Shown here in pieces: positions 22,571-33,281 of a stretch of DNA of 64,000 nt (the stretch's first letter is position 1; each line of letters opens with the position of its first letter). Below the pieces are notes generated by a model. It worked only from the letters and a program-made list of their open reading frames with translations, did not search any database and had not been told where the DNA came from. Made by a program: the position numbers and the translations under genes. The DNA is from Perkinsus chesapeaki ATCC PRA-425 (Eukaryota > Protista > Perkinsozoa), in the NCBI GenBank assembly GCA_013115145.1, contig JAAPAO010000046.1, forward strand, positions 40,679 to 104,678. Reading direction: 5' to 3'.

Positions 22571-22635
22571 GGTCAGCATATCATCGCAAAGGACAGCTCT
22601 ACAGAGCTTTTGGTCCCGAGGAGTCATTCGCTGCC
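22571..22635 (-). promoter_or_regulatory. Candidate eukaryotic type II SECIS element
   Basis: 3' of the SPS stop: helix I GGCAGC/GCTGACC, ATGAC...TGAT core quartet, helix II with GGGAC/GTCCT, unpaired AAA, minihelix AGCTC-TGTA-GAGCT. Folded by eye; helix II imperfect. Confidence 0.75.
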
Positions 22636-22677
22636 CTCAAAGATATCCTCCATCCACTGCAGCCGCTCACTTTCCAC

Positions 22678-23841
22678 TTAGACCTCTACTACCCTAGGAT
22701 TTGCCACAATGCTGGCGCCTTGCATACTGCCTTCATTGGTCTCCACGACTCTGCCCACAATCCAGCCCCATTCGTGCTGGGGTTCATCTTCCTTATAACA
22801 CGCTCGCAAGGCTGCTATATATTCCCGTGCCGTTTCCTCGTCCTTCAACATCACCAACAGTCCACCGCTGGTCTCGGCCGCTTTACCCTCGAAAAGACCG
22901 TAGTCTCGTCCATTGGGGCGCGCCTCAGATAAGACCTTACAACCCCTAATAGCGGGGACAGTATCAATCTCGATGCTTGCACCAGACTTTTGGACCCGGG
23001 CCAGGTTGTCCGCATGTCCCAGCAACCCGAAGCCAGTGACGTCTGTAGCGCCCAAGGCCCCGAACTGCCTCATCAGCCTGCAACCATTTTTATTGAGAGT
23101 CATCATGCTGAGATCGCCCATCTTAACAGCCCTAGTGCAAGTCTCAGTGTCGAGGCCAGCCTCTACCACCTTGGACCACTGGCTCTGGTTCATCATCCAT
23201 AATGCGAGATTGCCTGTGACCTGTGTACCCAACGGCTTAGTCAGGACTATCACGTTACCTGGGACGGCCAAGTCGGTACGGACAAGCTGGCTTTCGGGGA
23301 CAGTGGCCATGGCACAGCCACCAAGCAGCGGCCATGGGTTAAACACAGTCTGCCCACCAGTGACCTTGGTACCGGCCTCCTGGCAGCAGGCATTGAAACC
23401 TTCGATCATTTTCTTGGTAACAATGGTCTGCTCCTCAGGGGACATTTTCATACTGACGGTAAGGATCATGAGGACGTTGCTGATATCGTCGGCTCCAACA
23501 GCGTAGAGATCAGACAAGGTATTGGCGGCCGCAATCCAGCCCTGGTTAAAGGGGCTTTGGGAAATAGGGGAAAGGAAGTCGGTGCTGGAAACGAGGACAC
23601 GGCTACCGTCCCCAACCGGCACCACAGAGCAATCGGGAGAATCTTCAGTTAACATGTTGCCGTCGCCGATCTGTGGCAGGAAGCTGCTCAACTGATCGGC
23701 TTTGAGTTTGCATCCTCAGCCCTTCCTCTCACTGAAGGAAGTGAGAACGAAGTCCTTAGATAGGCCTAAGGAGGTCGGGTCCCACACCCTCGGGGGAAGG
23801 CACTCCGGGAAGGTCTCGGAGTTGGCCGTAGAGTTGCTCAT
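22678..23841 (-). CDS. SEPHS2: Selenophosphate synthetase (SelD/SPS2), selenoprotein with in-frame UGA at codon 42
   Basis: ATG 23841 to TAA 22678 (388 codons). One in-frame TGA (23718-23716) lies in RKG-U-GCKLK, the SelD active-site motif. STDFLSP, ANTLSDLYAVG, GGQTVFNPW, LTKPLGTQ, ATDVTGFGLLGHA and ETSGGLL are all present. Confidence 0.95.
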
Positions 23842-24599
23842 ATAGGAACTTCTTTTTCACAAGCAATTAAACTGCGAAATGATTTTTTCTGATGCCGTAA
23901 ATCAAAACGATACTGAAGTTTCAAAATTACTTACTCGTACACAACACTGAAATGGGTTTCTGAAATGGCCTATTACACGACTAAAAGTTCTAGCGTTCTC
24001 CTCGGCCCAGGTGGTGTAGGTATGCGTCGCTCCGCTAACAAAATAACGCGCACGCCGACAACCCAAGATTGATCGTTCCGTGTCACTTTTGAATCACTTC
24101 TTCCCGGATTCAGCTGGCGTAAGTATTTCCCCGCTTCCTTGTGGTACCTAAGTGGCATTCGCTGAATGTTTTTACGACCAACCAAAAGCAAAGCTGAGCA
24201 TCGCTCGAGGAAAGGTATAAAAGATACGCCAATGCACTTTCGAAGGAACGGTCGATAGTAAATTCAACTTGGCAAGATATTGCGAGTACCCCCATTTTAG
24301 TATATCAGCCAAAATCCATTTCACAGTTGGCAAGTTCGATCTCGCTCATACAGCACGGCTTGGTGCAGCTTCGGAAAGATAGTCGGGGAAGTTGCGTTAT
24401 GTGGATTAAGCTGGATTCGAAATCTTCAGTTTCTGCGTAATTGCTTCTACACTGGCGTCGCTTTAACAACCGTAGAATTTTTCGAAATCACTTTTATTAA
24501 GTTCTAAATAGGCCATAGCGAGATGCACTACTACCTAGACCGAATTAACCCACCTCCTTCTACACGATCTCGAGCTCATCAGTTCTGTTGATTTTAGCA

Positions 24600-26090
24600 A
24601 TGCGAGTGTCCGATTCTACATCCAGTTTCTCGGAGCCCTACGAATCCAAACCACTCTTGCGACTTCAACGGAAAAACAGCTTGGAAGATGCGCCCCCTTC
24701 AACGAGCGCCATGGCAATATGGTGGCGGTCTATGAAACGGTGGCCTAAAGAGGTGTGGTTGATATTCCTGCTTAAGTACCTTGAATCCTACGCCTACTTT
24801 GTATTTGCCTACACCCTCATTCTCTTTCTCTCGGACGAGTTTGGTTTCTCTGACGAGGAGGCCGGCTGGAGCTATGGCTTCTATGGTATGCTTGTTAGCG
24901 TCTACGGCTTCATAATGGGCTCGGTAATCGATACCTTGGGGCCTCGATGGTCCCTAACTGGCGGTATGAGCATCCTGTTGGTCTCAAGGCTGATCATGGC
25001 CACCACCTACTCGACACACGTATTAGCCGCGGTGCTATTCACGTCCCTGCCTATCGGCGGTGCTTTGGGAATACCGGTCATGCAGATCGCCATTAAGCGC
25101 TTCACAGAAGGGGAAGATCGCTCCACTGCATTCTCCATGTTTTACGTTATAATGAACATAGCTGCCATAACAGCAGCTCCCTGTATAGATGCCTTCCACC
25201 GTTCCTTTCCGCGAGGAGTGGCCTTGGCTCTGGCTGGCGGTGACATTCACATAACTGTCTCGAGTTACCGTATCCTCTTCCTCACAGGTGCCTTCGTAAC
25301 CGCCCTCTGTTTGATCATATGCCTTATATTTTTGAGGGATCCTCCAGCTGAGCCAACCGATCAGCCGCAGAAGGCTCCTGGCCAGCTCTTTCAGGAGGTG
25401 ATGGCAAGCGAGGGGTTCTGGCGTTTCCTATTGCTGGTCGTATTGCTGATGGGAGTTAGAGTGATATACCGACACATGGACGCGACGTTCCCAAAGTACA
25501 TGGTCCGGGAGTTTGGCCCAGACGCTCTGTACGGCACCATCATAGCCCTGAACCCCCTCTGCGTGGTGTTCCTGGTGCCACTGCTGTCCCCTCTGGCTCT
25601 CAAGTACCATCCATTGAAGCTCATAATAGTAGGAGCCACTGTTACAGCTATATCCCCCTACTTTCTAGTAATGGGGCACACCTACATTACCTGCATCTGC
25701 TTCGTTCTCTGTCTCTCTATCGGCGAGTCTATATGGTCACCGCGCCTTTACGAGTACACGGTAACTGTAGCTGAGGATGGACGCGAAGGCACCTATATGG
25801 CGCTAGCCTCAACACCGATGTTCGTAGCCACTCTCTTCACAGGCGCTGTGTCTGGTTGGCTCCTGGACACGCTCTGCCCCGCGAACGGTATCCGGCATGC
25901 CGAGTTCATGTGGCTGCTGATCGCAGTTGGAAGCAGTGTATCACCGGTCCTGCTGTTTGTATTCCGGGACGCCATTGCAGGATGCAAACTATCTGAGCTG
26001 GAGTGGCCCGTCAAGGAGGCCACCGATGGTAGCAGCAATGATGAGCCCGAGAGGACCACCGTTGGTCCTAGCAGTAGCTGTGTAACATGA
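24600..26090 (+). CDS. MFS transporter, POT/PTR (peptide transporter)-like
   Basis: Intronless ~497 aa, about 12 hydrophobic helices; KYLESYAYF..LILFLSDEFGFSDEEAG, GSVIDTLGPR, STAFSMFYVIMNIAA. Confidence 0.85.
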   Translation: MRVSDSTSSFSEPYESKPLLRLQRKNSLEDAPPSTSAMAIWWRSMKRWPKEVWLIFLLKYLESYAYFVFAYTLILFLSDEFGFSDEEAGWSYGFYGMLVSVYGFIMGSVIDTLGPRWSLTGGMSILLVSRLIMATTYSTHVLAAVLFTSLPIGGALGIPVMQIAIKRFTEGEDRSTAFSMFYVIMNIAAITAAPCIDAFHRSFPRGVALALAGGDIHITVSSYRILFLTGAFVTALCLIICLIFLRDPPAEPTDQPQKAPGQLFQEVMASEGFWRFLLLVVLLMGVRVIYRHMDATFPKYMVREFGPDALYGTIIALNPLCVVFLVPLLSPLALKYHPLKLIIVGATVTAISPYFLVMGHTYITCICFVLCLSIGESIWSPRLYEYTVTVAEDGREGTYMALASTPMFVATLFTGAVSGWLLDTLCPANGIRHAEFMWLLIAVGSSVSPVLLFVFRDAIAGCKLSELEWPVKEATDGSSNDEPERTTVGPSSSCVT

Positions 26091-26091
26091 C

Positions 26092-27108
26092 ATGATATTA
26101 GTTGTAGCCAAGTGTGGTCCTTGTGGAGTCTTTAGTTTAAAGTTGCAAATGAACGGCAACATCCCTGATAGGATTGTTGGCATGTCGAGGTTGCCGGAAG
26201 CATCCACAGTGTTCGAGCCTTCTCGTGGAGCGGAGGAGCCTGCCTCGGAAGTCCGCTTGTACCGGGGTGATGGCCGAATCTCTAGACTTATGTCGTTTAT
26301 AGAGGCCACGCATTCGGCAGCATCAACCGTTACGGCGGTGGTGTCCCTCAGTGGTGCCACTACTCAGGGATTTCTGCTCTACTCTATTCATCCTGCATTA
26401 CAGTGGACTCTCTCTATGGCCGAGGTTGGCGTTATCGCCACTGCTGGTACATCTGTGCTAACCATAATACGTGAATGCTCGGGAGAACTGCCGCTCGTCT
26501 GGGATGCTTGTATGCGAGTTGGGTCGTTTTTAAGCCCATGGTCGAGTCTGGCATCAAGTGCATTGCTCATCTACACTGTATCGCCTTCCTTGGCCCCCTA
26601 TTATGCCACAGTAATGGCTTTCAATACAGGTGGCCTGGCCTTTGCCGAATGGGCCAGAGTCGTATTGCGAAAGTCAACCGATGGACTAACTAGAACTCTT
26701 GGAACTGCAGGAGCATGGTTTGGGGCTATCTCAGGCGCCGCCTTTTCGGTCGTTCTTAGTGTATCGGTTGCTGCTATCAACACTGGTCCCCTGTCGCTCG
26801 TTCTCTACTCTGGCCTTTGCCACCTCGGTTGGGGACAGCCAACAATCGGCTTGGCCATTACCGGTGGGATGAGCGCCGCCGGAGCCCTTTGCGGCGGGGC
26901 AGTCGGAGTAGCGGCTGGCAGTCTACATCGTTACCGATGCTCCACAGATGATGACGAAATGTTTTGGCGGGACTGGCTCACTTGTATGGAGCACGTTCCG
27001 TCACCAAGTCCGAGAACTGAATGTCGAAGCTTCGACCCTGAGATCGGTGTGTGGTGGCAGCGCGCCAATGATGTCCTGTTTGAACTCGCAGGATTTGCTG
27101 AAGGTTAA
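26092..27108 (+). CDS. Multi-pass membrane protein with glycine-zipper segments, unknown function
   Basis: Intronless 338-aa ORF with several hydrophobic G/A-rich helices; true start may be ATG 26149 or later. Confidence 0.6.
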   Translation: MILVVAKCGPCGVFSLKLQMNGNIPDRIVGMSRLPEASTVFEPSRGAEEPASEVRLYRGDGRISRLMSFIEATHSAASTVTAVVSLSGATTQGFLLYSIHPALQWTLSMAEVGVIATAGTSVLTIIRECSGELPLVWDACMRVGSFLSPWSSLASSALLIYTVSPSLAPYYATVMAFNTGGLAFAEWARVVLRKSTDGLTRTLGTAGAWFGAISGAAFSVVLSVSVAAINTGPLSLVLYSGLCHLGWGQPTIGLAITGGMSAAGALCGGAVGVAAGSLHRYRCSTDDDEMFWRDWLTCMEHVPSPSPRTECRSFDPEIGVWWQRANDVLFELAGFAEG

Positions 27109-27361
27109 TTCATGGTTTCATATTGAGATATTTGCTTGGAGTTTTATCACCGTAGCCATTATGCAAAAGGCGGATTGAGTTTTAATGGTCTTATAGCAGC
27201 CAGATTCGCCTTTCTTGTCCCATTGTTGAACTCGGATCTTCGACGCAATGTTGGCTCACTAGTAGTTTTTATTTTTGTGGTGGTGCTCGTGGACTCCTGG
27301 GGACTCCAGCCAGTGGCGGCTAGTTAACCCTATTAAGATCCTAAGTTGACTGCTGTTAAAA

Positions 27362-28735
27362 ATGATTTCAGTTATAATTTACTTCACTGCTGTCTACCCG
27401 ATGGCTTCTGAGTGTTCCCCACTCCTCCAACCTAATTCTGCGGTCCTTAATGCTCGTCTGGAGCACATCCGTCCCTACCATATGGTCCTCGTCGTTATGT
27501 CATTTCTCATAGACTTTCTCGGTGTAAGCATGCCGTTCAACATAATGCCTATGCTCGTGGATAAGTCCTCTTCAATACACTTGCGAGGTTGTGAAACTCT
27601 TGAACAAGGCTTGGCACTATCTCTCGTGCTTGTATCACACGCCCTTGGCATGATAATATCACCTCCTATAATGGGAAAGCTTTCAGATAAATTTGGCAGG
27701 AAGCCCTTGCTCGTATTATCTATGTTTGGCATTTCTGTTGGTTATGGGCTTATGTCAGTAACTACGTCATATTGGCAATTTATTGGCTACAGATTTCTAA
27801 CTGGTCTGGCCGGAGGTGGCCGTCCCGTGGTATCGGCTTTTGTTGCCGAGAACGCCCGTGACCCAGAGGAACGCACCGTTTACTTGGGCTACATAGGTAT
27901 GGTCCCTGGCTTCTGTATTTGTGTCGCCCCATCGATTGGTGGCATTCTGGCCACTTTCGGTTTGTGGGCACCTTTTGCTGTAGTCTCTATTTGGGCCGCT
28001 ATAACATTCTTTTCCTTATTAATATACCTCCCAAATCGTTACGTCCCTCGCCGTAATGAGGAACACGTCTCTTCTACATCTAATGTAGACCCTCACTCAC
28101 AGGCTCTCTTGCCTCACCAAAATGCAATCACGCCGCGGCGGCCGAGTAATGGTGTTTGTATTTTTTCCATGTTATTTGCCGTTTCAACACTATCAATGTT
28201 GACCATAATGGAGCTTGGATTCTCATCCTCCCTCGTCATGGTTTATATTTACCACATGGCTCCTTTACCTATGGGCTTAACTAATCTCGGGGATGGTATA
28301 TTCATCATAGTGGGCACTAACTTGTTTATTTACCTTAAAAACAAGGGTGGCTATAGTAGCTGCTGGATAGCAATTGTTGGCTACGTCCTTTACGGGGTGT
28401 CATCTCTCTTCACCCCGTTTTTACTATCTCGAGCATCTCTCTATTTTCCCTTCAAATGGGTCATACTGGGCATTACCTCTAGTATGTTCCAAGATTCCCT
28501 ACCTAATATAGTGGCTGAATTATCAGCAGAATCCCAACTTGGAGAGATGATGGGTTACCTCACTTTGTCTCAAGGCCTTGGAAGGTTGTTCGCCACAATT
28601 ATCAGTGGTCCAGCCTTTTTTTCCAACCCTTCGATGCCGTTTTTGTTAGGTGGGATACAGACCCTTCTGGCTGCCTTGATCTGTTTTTACTTGGGTCGAC
28701 AGATCACTGTAAGATTGAACTCGTATATCGCTTGA
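27362..28735 (+). CDS. MFS transporter, DHA1/tetracycline-resistance-like
   Basis: Intronless 457 aa; MFS motif A GKLSDKFGRKPLL; RFLTGLAGG; GPSIGG-like APSIGGILA; about 12 hydrophobic segments. Confidence 0.9.
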   Translation: MISVIIYFTAVYPMASECSPLLQPNSAVLNARLEHIRPYHMVLVVMSFLIDFLGVSMPFNIMPMLVDKSSSIHLRGCETLEQGLALSLVLVSHALGMIISPPIMGKLSDKFGRKPLLVLSMFGISVGYGLMSVTTSYWQFIGYRFLTGLAGGGRPVVSAFVAENARDPEERTVYLGYIGMVPGFCICVAPSIGGILATFGLWAPFAVVSIWAAITFFSLLIYLPNRYVPRRNEEHVSSTSNVDPHSQALLPHQNAITPRRPSNGVCIFSMLFAVSTLSMLTIMELGFSSSLVMVYIYHMAPLPMGLTNLGDGIFIIVGTNLFIYLKNKGGYSSCWIAIVGYVLYGVSSLFTPFLLSRASLYFPFKWVILGITSSMFQDSLPNIVAELSAESQLGEMMGYLTLSQGLGRLFATIISGPAFFSNPSMPFLLGGIQTLLAALICFYLGRQITVRLNSYIA

Positions 28736-29800
28736 GGGCACTATTAATATGTTTCGATGGTATCGTATACTTCAGCAACGGCCCCTGTCGCAGACTTTAG
28801 TCCCCCAGGCGAAGAATAGATTTTCGTACACCCTACTGAAAGGGTTTGCCCTTTTGTTGTCGCCACCATGCACTTCAGTGTGTGTGGATTCGCAGCACAG
28901 GTTTGTCTTATTGCTGTCCATTGAATAATAATTTGAGTTATGCATCAATAAAGAGGTGACAGACTCGCGAGACTCGTGAGCGACCACTTTCCTTGCGACA
29001 GCGATGGCAGTTCAGTGAAGGTAAAGGCTCGAGACTCATCTCATGTAGGGCATCCCGACCCAGCATGTCTCAGGCCTGTTGTTGCATGGATTTTGTTTGC
29101 CCCATCCGCCTACTGTGTCTTGTCCGCACCCTGAGTGTTCACTGTAGCCGACCTAAATCTGATGAGATCATTATTATGGTGCTTGCTTTCATAAGAGACG
29201 ACTATCGTTACAATGCTATCGAGATATAAATCATCGTGCGACGGTACTCCAATTAACCTTCGAGGAATCTTGGGTTCTGAGGTATCTGTTACTGCCCAAA
29301 ATATGCGTTTCGAACCCGTGACGGGCGGGCGAGGCTTGGTTGCGCACAGGAAATGATATCTGTTCCTCCCCAAGATACCCGAGCCGGAACCGACCCTGCT
29401 GATGTTGCGCCGCTCAGTGCGACCTTGCTCCATTTCCTCTGCATTCAAGCCTTGTTCGTGTTTTAGTCCCATATCAAATATGTCGTCTTCGTGGGGGGCA
29501 TCAGCCGCCATGACAGCCACCCTTTTCGGACTGGATTTACTGGCTCCTTCGATTCTGCGCAGTCTTCGTGACAATGCACAGTGGGATGTTGCTGTCGTCA
29601 ATATTCCTATAGGTCCATTTGGGTGGATACGATATCGTGGCGGCGTACGCCATATTTCACATTTCGGTCGATCTGTCATCACCAGAAGTCCTTCGCTTCG
29701 GTTTGGGAATCATTGGGACTAGTTCTCTCTGGGTCACCGTGTCTCAACCATAATTGTCCCATGTCTCCTACAGGCCCTCTCTGTGTTAATCTTCATCGGT

Positions 29801-31713
29801 ATGTTCCCTCCTCCTCCTCAGCATCAACAGCAGCAGTCCTACCTCGCAACCGTCAACTCTCTTCCTCCGCCTACTCCCGGTGCTCGCCCTGACCCCGCAG
29901 TGTTCTGGCCCTCATGTAAGCGCCTTCGTCCGTGATTAAGATCAGTTTGTCGCTTCAGTGTTCCCAGCACCATCGCTGGTCATTCCGCGGACTTCATTCA
30001 CTTCTTCGTTCACTTCAAGGCCCCAGACAGTTCGCATGGATTCGACCACCACTGTTGTCGACAGCTACTGCCCGTCGGACACCCACAGAAGTGAGAATCC
30101 CGCGCTCTCGCAGGGGGGATTCGCTAATCAATGCGCTTGTGTTTTCGGCGTGATTCTTCTTCAGTCGCGTATTCGCGGTGATCAGGTCAGGGGCTTTCAG
30201 AGAGAACCGTTGTTAAGGTCGAGGCGGTCGGGCCAGCTACCGTACCGTCGAGTTCTGCCGAAAAGAAGCTGGAGCAGATGGAAAAAGAGTCACGTAAGAA
30301 GGCAGGTCGTGTGGCCGAGTCGGTAGAGGGTCTTGTAGATGGTACATCGTCGGCAAGCAATGTAGCCGAGCCTGCAAGCACCACCACCAGTGGGAGGTGG
30401 GTTACTACTGTGGGCAGGAGGAGGGCGGTGACGTCGATATTTGGTAGGGTCGCTGGGTCCGACGTTTTAGAGGATAAGGTGGCGAATAAGCTCAATACCG
30501 AGTTGGAGGAGTTGCTGAAGGAAGCGAGAAGGAGCGAGGAAAGATACGATTGCATCAAGCGTGAGAGTTGATAACAGGTTGCCGGGCGGAGACTTTTTGG
30601 TGTAGTTGAAATCGATACTTTGAGGGATCTCAACCGCAGTCGTAATGGCCTCATTGAAGAGGCTAAGAAGCTCGTGCATGCGCTGAGAGAGGAGCTTCTC
30701 GATAAGGAGATATCTTTAAGACAAGTAGGGTATTCGACAACACTGTATGATGCTGAGTCCTGTCAATTTCAGCTTCAGAACGAGAAGGAACAACTGGAGT
30801 TAGATCTCAGATTAATTGACGATGACGTAAGCTGCTGTCAGCCCCTGCTGGCAATAGTTATCTTCACTAGGCCCGATTCATCGAGGAGGAGCTTGCGCGG
30901 CTCCAGGCGAGAGCGGAGAGGGCTCAGGCTGAAGCTGACGTAGAGATAGGTGTCAGTCGTGAAGTGACTTGGGCGATTTGTAGGCCAAGATGGTCTGCGA
31001 AGAACTGGCTAAGCTGAAATCTGGTCTGGCTAATGTGTTCGATGAAGATGGTAGTGAAGACGATAATGATGATGATGAGGAGTATGAAGAGAGCGGAAGT
31101 AGCAGTGAGAATGAAGAGGATGACGATGACAGTTACGAGGAGGACGACAGTAGCAACGAAGGCGTTGATGATGATGATGATGACAGTCAGGAGATGTAGG
31201 ATAAGTCGAACTGAGGGCTGGATGTCGAGTATAAAATCTGACATTCGGTGTAGGCCCGCGGGAACCTATTTTAGTTTGACTTGTTAGGACTGTTCAGAAG
31301 AATCGGGAGCAATTCTTCGAGATGATGATGGAACTAGAACAACTGAAGATGGAAGCTCAGGCCGCCGAACAGCTCGATAAGCTTGCTGAGGTAGCTGACC
31401 GACGACGCAGAAGGACTGAAGGGACTGGTGGTTATCTCTCAGGCGCTGAAGATTGACGAGTCGAAAAAGCTTAAGGCATTCGAAGCGAAGCTCAAGGACT
31501 ACAGTGGGCAAGCTAACGAGAACGATGGGACCAAGGAGAAGTGGGTTACTTGTCTTCTGTTGGAGACATCCTTAATCGAGTGACCACGTTTTCTGTTTAG
31601 TCGTCCTGTCCAGGCAAAGGCTGTATGAAACCATAATCGATACTCTGTTCAGTGACGGGGCTGCTGGTCTTGCTCGAGTTATTGTTGTATCTACGCATCC
31701 GCAGCAGCAGTAG
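29801..31713 (+). CDS. Coiled-coil protein with Pro/Gln N-terminus and poly-acidic tract, multi-exon
   Basis: MFPPPPQHQQQQ start, heptad exons at 30278-30943, D/E tract 31040-31190; GT-AG introns; 3' end tentative. Confidence 0.55.
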
Positions 31714-31949
31714 CATTTTGCATGCATCAAATGGTACAGCATATCCATTCCATATCACCTGCAAGCAGCACTGTGTTCTAGTCCAGCCCGAGACGGGATT
31801 AATAGTCGCCGCGCCCTTAATCGATTAAGGCTAGCGAGATGGCTTGCTGCTCGAATTCGAATTCCAAAAGCTCGTCTTGTGTCGGGTTTCTGGATCACAG
31901 TTAATCTTCAGCTCAATACTTGAGTGTTGTTTTACCCTCGGTAATCATC

Positions 31950-32812
31950 ATGCTTCTTCCCTTCCTGCTGCGCGCAACAATCTCCCTCATCGTAACCGAC
32001 TATATCGTCTTGGCCCGACCCCATCTGGAGGTAGACTTAGGTCCTTTTAATTTTCCTGGTTGATGCTACTGGTCTGCTGTCAGGTGGAAAAACCGCGAGG
32101 AGTCGCATCGATTGAGGTGGTCCAGGAGTGTGTCATGACGTCAAAGTCCACGGGCAGTGCTATATTCCATTTGCGGCACCCTGGGGATATAATAGAGGCT
32201 GATCATACTGACAAGGCTATCGAGATTACTTCGCTGAGATGCGGAGCTGAATACAAGTTTGGCGGGTAGGCGATGATATAATTCTCATTGAGCAGCCGTG
32301 GACCTTGATTACTTCATTTCAGTATAAACAGTAATATCAATGAGGACGGTGAAATGTGCCAGCTTGTCAACTTTAAGTGAGATTCAACGAGTAAGCTTTC
32401 ACCGTCATTATTTCTCTTCAGTGACGATGCAGCCGAAGCCTTCAATTTTCAGATCAGGGATTGCATTCCAACCGTGAAGGATGTGCTCAACACATCCCCT
32501 ACGAAGAGGTCCTTAGAAGATGGCTTCGATAGGTGCAAGGACGGGGTCGAGCAACTGGCTACTAGGTTGGGTGTTATGGAAAGCAAACGCTTCAAAAGTG
32601 CACGAAAAAACGGAGCCCTTATTAAAAAGCTGTGCTCCATTAAAAGCGGCGATACACTTCCCGAACCTGCTGCTCGCCGGCCTTCAGTGGATTCGGATGA
32701 TAGATGTCTTCCTGCGGATTTCTGCCCTAGCTCGCCGCCCGCACTATTTTGCTGCGGTTTAATCTGCACCGGTATTGTCGTTGGAGTTGGAGTTGCTGCT
32801 GTTGGTAGATGA
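31950..32812 (+). CDS. Putative type I membrane/surface protein, 4 exons
   Basis: Three GT-AG introns splice in frame: signal-like MLLPFLLRATISLIV, Cys-containing ectodomain, C-terminal hydrophobic LFCCGLICTGIVVGVGVAAV. Confidence 0.7.
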
Positions 32813-33281
32813 AACGCGTTTGCTTCCGTTCTCGGTGCTACCACTGTTAATGCTTTCCTCTTTCATTATTCATGCTATCAATGTCTGATGTGAATGTTGT
32901 CATTTTTATCTCTAGTGTTGAGTTTAGAAGCCTCTGTGGTCACTATCCTACGTGACTGACCTATGCTTATTAGAACAATCAACATTCCTAGACAGCGATA
33001 GAGCTATACTGATGCAAGGTGGGGTAACCCGAAGATCAACTGATACTCTTGTTGGTATTGTTGATCCGTCCTCATCCTGCCGAGCATCATTTCGTAAAAT
33101 GCAGGTGGTACCCAATCCAGGTCCTGCCACCATTCTCGAGTATCAGAGCCTGGTGGATTGGCTTGATCAATCAACAGGGCGAAAATACCGGCAAATAATA
33201 TACGGAAATACCCACCAACGTGAATGTGTATATCTGTGCACTCCTGATGCCACAGTAACGCACTCAGTTAGTCTGTGGTTA

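Noticed and set aside
22913-23506. 197-aa plus-strand ORF
   Set aside because: Antisense to the conserved SPS2 coding sequence.
20212-23841. Functional link between SPS2 and the neighbouring ArsA/Get3 (metalloid cluster)
   Set aside because: The ATPase has Get3-type features and no evident metalloid-binding Cys set; adjacency alone is insufficient.
28772-29760. Overlapping ORFs on both strands, including 29110-29682 (190 aa)
   Set aside because: No consistent exon chain or recognisable motif; cannot choose a strand.
32952-33281. Upstream extension of the 281-aa ORF from a GTG start
   Set aside because: A clear signal peptide begins at ATG 33282; the extension is probably UTR or intergenic.
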